From an uncultured delta proteobacterium (GTDB lineage: Bacteria > Bdellovibrionota_C > UBA2361 > OMII01): a DNA stretch of 64,000 nucleotides. Below, piece after piece: positions 56,379 through 64,000 of this stretch. The position numbers and the translations under genes were made by a program. Position 1 is the first letter of the stretch; the number at the start of each line of letters is the position of its first letter. Location: positions 1,029-65,028 of the forward strand of contig CAIXKI010000156.1 of assembly GCA_903920005.1 (NCBI GenBank), given 5' to 3'. Below the pieces are notes generated by a model. The model saw nothing but the letters and a program-made list of their open reading frames with translations, had not been told where the DNA came from and did no database searches.

Positions 56379-58334
56379 ATGAAGCTCCGCATACGATCCT
56401 ATTATTTTAGTTCCGCGCTCCTCCTTGGATTCTCGGCGCTCAGCATCCCAATCCTGGCACTCGTGGTCTGCGTCGCCTACATAAAAAACTCGTCTTCAGC
56501 GCGAGAACTTCTCAAAAACGACATTGCCGACTCAGAGCGGATCACTAGTCATTCTATAACAAAACTCTTTACTCAGGCAGGTGCAGCAGCAAAGGGCCTT
56601 GCTGAGATCGCCGCGAGCCATCCCAACTTCTTCTCGGAGCCGGAAAGCCAGTCCGTCCTCCACTCGACGCTAGCAGTCGTTAACCATCTAGGAGGCATCT
56701 ACCTCACCCTTGAAGATGGCTCCGTGCGAGCTGCAACCCGCATCGACAACACACGTAGGTCGGAGCAGCCCGAGATCCCACAAAACGCGCTGTGGCAAAC
56801 CTATTTCACAGACCCGGTTGTCGAGGGGGCCCCACAGATGCGCCACCAAACCTTCTTCGCGGATTGGCCCACTCCCTTATCCACTCTTACGAGCACATCC
56901 CCCTTCGACGCGAGGCTTCACACCAGCTACGTCGAGGCGAAGAAGAGGCATAAGCTTTTCATTTCGGATCCAACCATTAACGCCCTCGGAGGCTCAAGCG
57001 TCATCACTCTTGCGGCCCCGATTCTTCAGGGGGAAGAATTCCTCGGCGCGATCTCTGCCAACTTTGCAATTGACGAGGTCTCTAAATTCCTAGCTGACAA
57101 CAGGGTAAGTCCAAATAGCGTCACTGTAATCATCGATCACGCTAACCAGCTCATCGCACCACCTCTTGTTGGTGAAACCGCTATGGATCCTACCCTGCGA
57201 AAGAAATTAGATGGAGTTATACTTCATGCCGAAATCCTCACTCGAGAGGCTCAAGGAAGCTCCGAGAACTCAAGCGAGGGGGCCGTTACCTTCCTCGCGG
57301 ATATCGATAACGTCGCCAGTTCCGTATCTATCATACGACTTCCAAGCAGCTTAGGACTACGGTGGCGCGCCGTAACCATCGTCCCAGAGGATGATTATAT
57401 TGGGCCTCTTCGCTCAACGAATACACTCCTTCTTTGGCTTCTCTCCGTTATTCTCCCCCTTGAGTGGCTGATGATACGCTGGCTATCGCAAAAACTATCG
57501 CGAGGAATCACCTGTATCTCTTCTGAGTTAGACAGAGTCCGGAAGATGGACTTCAACCCGACATCGCTGTCGCAAAAGGAACACCCTATTCATGAGGTCG
57601 CAGAGCTTCACCGTGGCGTGGATCTCCTTGAGAGCGCGCTCCGTTCCTTTGCCCAATACATCCCGATGGGAATCGTTCGCCAGTTGGCCGAGAGCGGGAG
57701 GCCTCTTGCTCTCGGCGTTGAACGGCGAGAGCTCTCGGTGATGTTTACCGATCTTGAGAACTTCTCCACACTGGCTGAGAAGCTCCCTCCTGATGAGCTG
57801 CTGTCGCTCCTCTCGCAGTTCTTCTCGGCCGCCACAGAGGTTATCGCCGAGGAGCGAGGCACCGTTGATAAATTTATCGGTGATGCCGTGATGGCGTTCT
57901 GGGGCGCCCCTATCGAAGTGGGAGAACACGAACTCAGGGCTTGCAGGGCGGCCCTGAGGCTCTCCCATCGAATTCAAGTACTCAACGCACAACGAGCCAA
58001 AGAGCGTAGAAGCCCTATTCACATCAGGATTGGATTGAACTCAGCAGAGGTCCTCGTTGGCAATATCGGTTCAACAGAGCGTCTGAGCTACACCGCTATC
58101 GGCGATGGAGTCAATGTTGCTTCACGGCTCGAGGGTATTAACAAACAATTCGGAACCATCATCTGCATTAGCGACAGCATCTACGCCCGAGTAGCGGATA
58201 AGATCGTAGCCCGCCCCCTCGAAGAGATCTCCGTCAAAGGTCGTCGGGGTTCGTTTATGGTGTATGAACTTTTAGGAGTTCGCGGTAGCGAAGATGTCGA
58301 ACTCGCCCCACCAAATATACCGGTGAATGCCTAG
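56379..58334 (+). CDS. class III adenylate/guanylate cyclase with an extracytoplasmic Cache-like sensor and HAMP linker
   Basis: TM1, then a ~300-aa periplasmic domain, TM2, a HAMP-like segment, and the catalytic domain (LSVMFTDLENFSTLAE...VDKFIGDAVMAFWGAP...IRIGLNSAEVLVGNIGS..RLSYTAIGDGVNVASRLE). The start was trimmed to MKLRIRS. Confidence 0.85.
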   Translation: MKLRIRSYYFSSALLLGFSALSIPILALVVCVAYIKNSSSARELLKNDIADSERITSHSITKLFTQAGAAAKGLAEIAASHPNFFSEPESQSVLHSTLAVVNHLGGIYLTLEDGSVRAATRIDNTRRSEQPEIPQNALWQTYFTDPVVEGAPQMRHQTFFADWPTPLSTLTSTSPFDARLHTSYVEAKKRHKLFISDPTINALGGSSVITLAAPILQGEEFLGAISANFAIDEVSKFLADNRVSPNSVTVIIDHANQLIAPPLVGETAMDPTLRKKLDGVILHAEILTREAQGSSENSSEGAVTFLADIDNVASSVSIIRLPSSLGLRWRAVTIVPEDDYIGPLRSTNTLLLWLLSVILPLEWLMIRWLSQKLSRGITCISSELDRVRKMDFNPTSLSQKEHPIHEVAELHRGVDLLESALRSFAQYIPMGIVRQLAESGRPLALGVERRELSVMFTDLENFSTLAEKLPPDELLSLLSQFFSAATEVIAEERGTVDKFIGDAVMAFWGAPIEVGEHELRACRAALRLSHRIQVLNAQRAKERRSPIHIRIGLNSAEVLVGNIGSTERLSYTAIGDGVNVASRLEGINKQFGTIICISDSIYARVADKIVARPLEEISVKGRRGSFMVYELLGVRGSEDVELAPPNIPVNA

Positions 58335-58511
58335 GAGCAATCTCAGCTCCCTCACCATCCGCTCGCGGCACTATGCGATAGGATCGCATTTCAGGTGTTT
58401 TTGAGAACACACCTAGCAACGCATCAAAGTTTGGGAAAACTACCCTTCGTACTCATCTGCTACCTTTTCATATTTGCGGACCACCTCCTTACACTTTATA
58501 GTGTTTAATCA

Positions 58512-59978
58512 ATGAAAGAACACCTCATAGCTCTCGGCATCATGACTGGAAACTCCCTCGACGGGGTCGACATCGTCATTACCGATTTTGCTCGCGGTGG
58601 AGCTATCATTGATCTGGCTTCCGGATTCACGCCATTTCCTTCCAACCTTGCAGATGGTGTCCGAACGCTCCGAGAACTGCTGCGAATACACAACGGCGAC
58701 GTCACTAAGGCAGATACCGCCTTCGGCGAAGCTCAGAACGATAGAGCCGCCCTCTCTCGACTTCACTCGGAGTATCTGGAACTGATCGCGCAGGCGTGCA
58801 GATCAACAATCGACAGAGCGATTCAAGATGGCATCCTTGCGAATCGAAATCTCATCGATGTCATCGGTTTTCACGGCCAAACGTGCGCTCACCTTCCCCC
58901 ATCCCTCACAAAGGCGAGTGCTTCATCGTACACAATTCAACTTGGAGATGGTCAAGCGCTCGCCAACATGTTGGGCATTCCTGTCATTTACGATTTCCGT
59001 TCAGATGACATCATGCACGGGGGCGAAGGCGCTCCTCTCGCTCCGCTGCACCACCTGCACTTAGCTGAGGTCGCTAAGTCACATGGAGTATTTCCGATCG
59101 CGTTCGCAAACGCCGGAAATACGGGGAACCTGAGCATCATTACGAATCGCGTCGGGCACAAGGCGGCCCTAACGCTTGGATGGGACACGGGCCCCTTCAA
59201 TCACTTCTCTGACATGCTCGCTCGGGAGGAGTGCCACAAGAGTCACGACGTTGATGGGGCAGTAGGAGCGAATGGCACGGTCAACAAAACACTTCTGCAG
59301 CTCCTCTTCGAGAAGAGCGCTATTACGAGCGACGGTTCAAACTTTCTGACCAAACAACCACCACGTTCATCCGATCCTCAGTGGTATCGGGCCCTCCCGG
59401 AGCTTCTCGGAAAAGCGCCCGTGGACGGAGCGCCCCTCTCTCTTCCCGACCGTATGCGTACGGCGGAGTACTTTGCGGCGTACTGCGTTATGCATTCACT
59501 TACACTTGTGCCAGGGGATTGTGAGATTCCCAGCCATTACGGACTGTGCGGAGGCGGATGGAAGAATCCGGTCGTTCTCAGCGCATTCAGGGAGCTTCTG
59601 AACCCTACGGCACCTCCTGTTATTCTCGATGCCCACCGGGCCGCATACAAACAACTCCTGATGCGACTGGCCAACAAAACCGTCATGGTGGAGCTTACAT
59701 CCGCATATGGATTCGACCCGCAGGCGATGGAAGCTCGGATATTTGGAGATGCCGCAGTTCACCGGGTATGGAACCAACCGTTCACACTTCCTCAAACAAC
59801 GGGCGTGAAAGCCCCGTGCGTATGCGGAGTGGTTAAGTTCCCAAAGGATAGCGAGCCCAAGACTTTCCGTATCGGAGCTATTATGGACGCGGCCGGCACT
59901 CTGTACGAGGCAGTCCACGCGCTACCGGCGAAGGACCCGCGCTTTAGTCGAGCACTTCCAGGTTGGCAGTCGGCATAG
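58512..59978 (+). CDS. anmK: anhydro-N-acetylmuramic acid kinase (long form)
   Basis: GIMTGNSLDGVDIV, IGFHGQTCAH, IQLGDGQALA, DFRSDDIMHGGEGAPLAP, DTGPFN and LCGGGWKNP are collinear with E. coli AnmK. At 488 aa it is longer than the ~370-aa E. coli protein. Confidence 0.85.
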   Translation: MKEHLIALGIMTGNSLDGVDIVITDFARGGAIIDLASGFTPFPSNLADGVRTLRELLRIHNGDVTKADTAFGEAQNDRAALSRLHSEYLELIAQACRSTIDRAIQDGILANRNLIDVIGFHGQTCAHLPPSLTKASASSYTIQLGDGQALANMLGIPVIYDFRSDDIMHGGEGAPLAPLHHLHLAEVAKSHGVFPIAFANAGNTGNLSIITNRVGHKAALTLGWDTGPFNHFSDMLAREECHKSHDVDGAVGANGTVNKTLLQLLFEKSAITSDGSNFLTKQPPRSSDPQWYRALPELLGKAPVDGAPLSLPDRMRTAEYFAAYCVMHSLTLVPGDCEIPSHYGLCGGGWKNPVVLSAFRELLNPTAPPVILDAHRAAYKQLLMRLANKTVMVELTSAYGFDPQAMEARIFGDAAVHRVWNQPFTLPQTTGVKAPCVCGVVKFPKDSEPKTFRIGAIMDAAGTLYEAVHALPAKDPRFSRALPGWQSA

Positions 59979-60570
59979 CATCTAGAAACGCCGGCACCGA
60001 TGTCGGCACAACGCCTCCACGCAACGCTTGCAACTCTGCCTCACGCTCGAGAATTTCGCGCTCAAGTTCTTTCATTCGGGCACCAGGATCCGGCGTAGCG
60101 CTTGCGGCAGGTGGAGCGACTAACGGGCGCTCAGGAACCTTGTCAGGAGAGTTCTCATCATCGAATGTTTCGAGAGCAGACGAAGCAGCCACAGTGCTCA
60201 CTGGCGTTGAAGTAGCCGCCCCTTCCATTAAGAGATCGACTGTGGGGGTCGAGGCACGCTTGCCGTCCTCCCCAAAGGGGCGGTCGTTCGCGACCAGCTC
60301 AACGGGTATCTTGATGGTATCCCCAACACGAAGCTCTCGCTGCAGGACGACGGGATTGTGACGGGCGACCATCTGCTGAGACAGCGTCGTTCCAGTATAC
60401 CACGTAAGCACCTTCGGAAAGCTCTCATCCTGGGAACGCACCCTGTGAATTAGAAAGGCTCCCTCGCTTTCCGGCGCAGGCGGCGACACGAAGTGTTCAA
60501 CACACCCCACAAAGGAAATGGCGATAACGGTTAACACGAAGCGCTTCACGGCCCTCCCATGGGTTCGCAT
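59944..60570 (-). CDS. LysM-domain lipoprotein
   Basis: Lipobox-like ISFVGC. The LysM-like segment reads HRVRSQDESFPKVLTWYTG...MVARHNP..RELRVGDTIKIP. Its 3' end overlaps anmK by 35 nt (convergent). Confidence 0.55.
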   Translation of the reverse strand: MRTHGRAVKRFVLTVIAISFVGCVEHFVSPPAPESEGAFLIHRVRSQDESFPKVLTWYTGTTLSQQMVARHNPVVLQRELRVGDTIKIPVELVANDRPFGEDGKRASTPTVDLLMEGAATSTPVSTVAASSALETFDDENSPDKVPERPLVAPPAASATPDPGARMKELEREILEREAELQALRGGVVPTSVPAFLDAMPTANLEVLD

Positions 60571-60651
60571 GGAACCCCATGGGGAGTATCGACGAGGAGT
60601 TATAGAGGGTTTAGGTTAATCAGCACGGGCCTAGACGACTATGCCGCCTAC

Positions 60652-60999
60652 TTACTCAACTCGCTTAATCGACGTTACGAATTCAGAAAACGTCGGTTTA
60701 AGATGTTGCTCGACCTTCATCTCTATAGGATCACCCGCCTTGAAGTCCTTTAAGGACACTCCCTCACCAACATAAAAAGGCATCGTCATCGCCATCATTC
60801 CGGTAATCGTGCCGGTGTCATCGCGGTAGTCGGGGATCGGCTGGTGCTTCACTAGGATCTCATTCGCCGCGCGTCCATCACCTGGGAGGCCTTTAATAAT
60901 TCCCTTCACGGTAAAAACATAGGCGTCATCGGCATACGCCATAGTTACGGTCGCTATACATGAAAGAACGACTGCCGAAACACGAAGATACCATTTCAT
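60652..60999 (-). CDS. periplasmic CusF-like metal (Cu/Ag)-binding protein
   Basis: Signal peptide, then VKGIIKGLP...ILVKHQPIPD...MMAMTMPFYV...LKDFKAGDPIEMKVEQ, which resembles the CusF OB-fold pattern (H..I......M.M.F......L..GD.V.F). Confidence 0.5.
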   Translation of the reverse strand: MKWYLRVSAVVLSCIATVTMAYADDAYVFTVKGIIKGLPGDGRAANEILVKHQPIPDYRDDTGTITGMMAMTMPFYVGEGVSLKDFKAGDPIEMKVEQHLKPTFSEFVTSIKRVE

Positions 61000-61002
61000 A
61001 CG

Positions 61003-61434
61003 CTATTCTCCTCCCCCACGAAGTTCCCAAATCTTCATACCAATAAACATTGAATACATAGCACTCACTGGGATACCGAGCGCTATTAGGAAGAACAGCG
61101 TCACGTCGAGCTTATTCTTTACGGTCTGAATTGAGGCGAACAGACCCGAGGAGAGGATGATCGCCATTACGAGAATCGTCGCGATAATCACGAACGAACG
61201 GCGATAGAACAGATAGAGGACTGTGAGCAACGCGGCAAACCCAACCGTGACCTGCCCCATCATTGGGATGCAGAAAAACGTCGTGAAGAAGAAAGGCGCC
61301 GTGATGCACGACACGAGCGCCGTACCCAAGACCTCTTTGACCGTTACACGAGGAGGGGGTCTTCTCATGCTCGGAGCATGAAACTTTTCAAATTGATCGA
61401 GCGTAATTTTCGCCATCGGTGCCGTTAGTGCCAT
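61003..61434 (-). CDS. hypothetical membrane protein
   Basis: 143 aa with four hydrophobic helices. Its stop is 3 nt upstream of the CusF-like gene start. Confidence 0.5.
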   Translation of the reverse strand: MALTAPMAKITLDQFEKFHAPSMRRPPPRVTVKEVLGTALVSCITAPFFFTTFFCIPMMGQVTVGFAALLTVLYLFYRRSFVIIATILVMAIILSSGLFASIQTVKNKLDVTLFFLIALGIPVSAMYSMFIGMKIWELRGGGE

Positions 61435-61570
61435 GTGACAACCTCCACATACGAGTAAGGAAAAGTCTACTGCAGAGGCCCCGGGACCTCAATGTGTAGC
61501 GAGAAAAGAACCTCAACTATCTAAAAGCACACGGACAGCCCTGGCGCTCCGCACCATTCGGGCTTGAAAA

Positions 61571-62887
61571 CTAGGTGTCTTGTCCCTCTTGCGGGATAAT
61601 TTTTAAGAGCACGCTATCAACACTACCTCGAGAGGTCTTGAGCACCTTAAATGAATATTGCCCGTCCCGACACGATTGCCCAACCTCAGGAATGCCACCA
61701 AAGAGCACGTTTAGAAGTCCAGCCACTGTCGAATACTCCGCCGATTCGGGAAGGGCTACTGGAAGATGGGAGTTTACATCAAGGACCGACGCGTGCGCGT
61801 TGACGATATAGTCACCCTCTTTTCGCTTCTCTACAACGGGGCGCTCATCATCGTACTCATCCTGAATCTCCCCTACGAGCTCCTCGACGATATCCTCAAG
61901 GGTCACTAAGCCAGACGCGACTCCAAATTCATCCACCACGATCGCCATGTGGTTTCGCTTGACTTGGAGCTCTCGCAAGAGGGAGCCAATCTTCTTGGTC
62001 TCAGGGACAAATATAGCCGGCCTCATGATGTCAGCTATCTTCGTCGGCTGCTTATCTAACATCCGCCGAAGGAGCTCCTTGGCGTGCACAATTCCGACGA
62101 CCATATCCTTAGAGCCAGAATAGACAGGTATGCGCGAATACCCTTCCTTGGAAACCGTCTCTAAAGCTTGCTCAAGGGACATATCAACATCTATCCCCGC
62201 CATCTGAGGACGAGGAACCATGATCTGACGAACAAGCCGCTCATCGAACTTAAAAACTTTTTCGATCAGTTCGTGCTCGGTCTTTTGAATGGCTCCGACC
62301 TCTCCACTCCGAGCACTTTCAGCGAGCAGGAGACGCAACTCCTCTTCCGTATGCGTTTCCGTTTCCGATTCTACTTTGATACCGAACGGCGCGAGGATTA
62401 ACCACGTGCCGCCATTGACGATCGACACAAGCGGCGCGGTAATCACGGCAAAGATCCGAAGAGGAATCGCGCACGCGTACGTGAACTCTTGCGGATAGTA
62501 AATGGCGGCGTACTTGGGAACGGCTTCACCAAAGATAAGGTGCAACACCGTGACGATAACAAAGCCGACAGGGAGGGCGATCTTATGGGCAAGGTCTTCG
62601 GAGATAGGAAGAGCCAGTGTCGAGGCTCCATGAACTAATATCTCGGCGATAACAGGCTCTCCGATCCAACCAAGCGCGAGGCTTGCGAGGGTGATACCAA
62701 TCTGAGCTGCGGAGAGATATTTATCGAGCTTGTCGAGAACTTGTTGAGCGGATTGGGCGATGGTGCTTCCGGAGGCGACATCGGTCTCAACCGCAGAGTA
62801 GCGCACTTTAATGATGGCAAACTCAGCTGCCACAAAGAACGCATTCAAAGCTATTAAAAGAACCAACAAGGCGACGCCGAGAACCAT
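61571..62887 (-). CDS. CNNM/HlyC/CorC-family transporter (DUF21-CBS pair-CorC_HlyC)
   Basis: N-terminal DUF21 membrane domain (LLIALNAFFVAAEFAIIKVR), a CBS pair (VRQIMVPR...SRIPVY) and a C-terminal transporter-associated domain. Confidence 0.9.
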   Translation of the reverse strand: MVLGVALLVLLIALNAFFVAAEFAIIKVRYSAVETDVASGSTIAQSAQQVLDKLDKYLSAAQIGITLASLALGWIGEPVIAEILVHGASTLALPISEDLAHKIALPVGFVIVTVLHLIFGEAVPKYAAIYYPQEFTYACAIPLRIFAVITAPLVSIVNGGTWLILAPFGIKVESETETHTEEELRLLLAESARSGEVGAIQKTEHELIEKVFKFDERLVRQIMVPRPQMAGIDVDMSLEQALETVSKEGYSRIPVYSGSKDMVVGIVHAKELLRRMLDKQPTKIADIMRPAIFVPETKKIGSLLRELQVKRNHMAIVVDEFGVASGLVTLEDIVEELVGEIQDEYDDERPVVEKRKEGDYIVNAHASVLDVNSHLPVALPESAEYSTVAGLLNVLFGGIPEVGQSCRDGQYSFKVLKTSRGSVDSVLLKIIPQEGQDT

Positions 62888-63054
62888 ACTGTCGGGAGAC
62901 TATAGCGTATTTGAGAATTCTTACTACTGGGAAGCTTGAGAACGGCGCCGAAACCGGCCTAACCGTCCGAAAACTCTGATAGCGCTCACCAAACGGGGCC
63001 TTTCTTGATCGCCCCTGTCAGCCTAGCGGTCCAAGACTGTAATGGCCCGAGTTC

Positions 63055-64000
63055 TTAACCGATTCCGAGAACTTCACCGACCTCTTGAAGAGCGATTAGC
63101 TGCTCTCTCCAATATCTTTCTGTGCCGTAGTCGACGAATATCAGCTTGAAAGCCGGGTCCTCAAACCGTTTTGCTATCCAGGTGGTGAAGTGAATCATGC
63201 GGAGCGCCCGAAGCGGCTCAATAAGCCGCAACGAAGTTCTATCGAACGGGCGCATCATCTCGTATCCCTCAAGGAATTGGTCACGCCTGCGAACCGCGTC
63301 CTCGTCTCGACCGGGGGTCAGCAGCCAAAGGTCCTGTACGCACGGTCCCTCGAGGCTGTCGTCAAAGTCGACGATAAAGCAGCCCTGCCCGTGCCAAAGG
63401 ATATTTCCAATATGACAATCGCCGTGGATACGCTGCGTAGCGACCTCCTTAAACCACGGCTCACTCGCGCGAAGGATTCGCTCCGCAACGTTGCAGTAAT
63501 GAGCTTCGACAGAAGCGGGAAGGAGTTTGTTCTCTCTTAGAAAGGTCAGATTGGAGAATCCGTAACTTTCAGGGGTAAGTTTGATGCGGTGGTTGAAGCG
63601 CGAGGAGACTCCGACTCCGTGCATACGCGCAATTAATCGTCCGATCTGCCGCAACTCGCTGTCGGACATCTCATCAAGGATGCGCCCCCCAACCTTCGGG
63701 AATATAGCGTACCAGATACCGGCCCCAGGAACCTCCGCTATCGTCTCACCATTCGGAAACGGAAGTGGCGTCACGACGGGGATCTCGGCGGCCTTGCAAT
63801 CAGCGAGGAACTGGTGCTCCTCCTGGATCTGCTCCTTGGACCATCGACCGGGTCGATAGAATTTCACCACTCGAAAGGCATCCCATCGACCTGCGCCCTC
63901 GGGGAGATCGATATCGAGTTCAGCCTCGTACACCCGATTCTCAAGGCTGTTCAGCGCCAACACCCTTCCGGTACATCGAATACCGAGCGCCTCTACGGCG
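63055..64000 (-). CDS. srkA: stress-response Ser/Thr kinase SrkA/YihE (N-terminus runs past the window end)
   Basis: LNSLENRVYEA, VVKFYRPGRWSKEQIQEEHQF, RIHGDCHIGNILW, FDDSLEGPCVQDLWLL and EPLRALRMIHFTTWIAKR are collinear with E. coli SrkA. The frame stays open to position 64000. Confidence 0.85.
   Translation of the reverse strand, partial: AVEALGIRCTGRVLALNSLENRVYEAELDIDLPEGAGRWDAFRVVKFYRPGRWSKEQIQEEHQFLADCKAAEIPVVTPLPFPNGETIAEVPGAGIWYAIFPKVGGRILDEMSDSELRQIGRLIARMHGVGVSSRFNHRIKLTPESYGFSNLTFLRENKLLPASVEAHYCNVAERILRASEPWFKEVATQRIHGDCHIGNILWHGQGCFIVDFDDSLEGPCVQDLWLLTPGRDEDAVRRRDQFLEGYEMMRPFDRTSLRLIEPLRALRMIHFTTWIAKRFEDPAFKLIFVDYGTERYWREQLIALQEVGEVLGIG

Overview
64-kb chromosomal window from a flagellated Gram-negative bacterium. 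The gene content (futalosine-pathway radical-SAM enzyme, CsrA, ApaG/CmoB, a myxo-type CGDG..EECD cysteine-rich motif) fits a Bdellovibrionota/Myxococcota-like lineage, but that is inference only. I call about 55 protein genes on both strands and one tRNA-Thr(CGU). I see no rRNA, no CRISPR, and no recognisable transposase, integrase or phage gene. The housekeeping backbone is ung (partial), two tandem flagellins behind an SLT transglycosylase, fbaB, cobB, roxA, trmJ, trpS, an MqnC/E-type enzyme, an FGGY kinase, NfeD-SPFH, hsp20, rsfS, cmoB, apaG, ahcY, csrA, mazG, comF, a Cache-HAMP class III cyclase, anmK, a CNNM/CorC transporter and srkA (partial). The items I think deserve a second look are: (1) a CarH-type B12 light-sensor module (W-x9-EH and DxHxxG both present) fused to a C-terminal XRE HTH; (2) a five-gene same-strand cluster plus one convergent gene at 11.7-17.2 kb (methyltransferase, GT2, transglutaminase-like, two paralogous SGNH-like domains, two lipoyl-like domains); (3) a plcP-btaA-btaB betaine-lipid remodelling operon with four phased T(T/A)AC repeats upstream and a delta-9 desaturase next to it; (4) a carboxylesterase gene inserted between cmoB and apaG and bracketed by diverged ~275-bp direct repeats that each carry a pseudo-copy of the neighbouring gene's 5' end; (5) an ORFan island at 43.3-51.7 kb; (6) a duplicated ~83-nt hsp20 leader element; (7) REP-like hairpin arrays with compensatory stem changes; (8) a perfect 36-bp palindrome with a degenerate second copy. 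The ORF track translates GTG/TTG starts as M. Several track ORFs carry N-terminal over-extensions, which I trimmed where an internal start with a Shine-Dalgarno or a gene boundary supported it. All homology statements are by-eye motif recognition; no searches were run.
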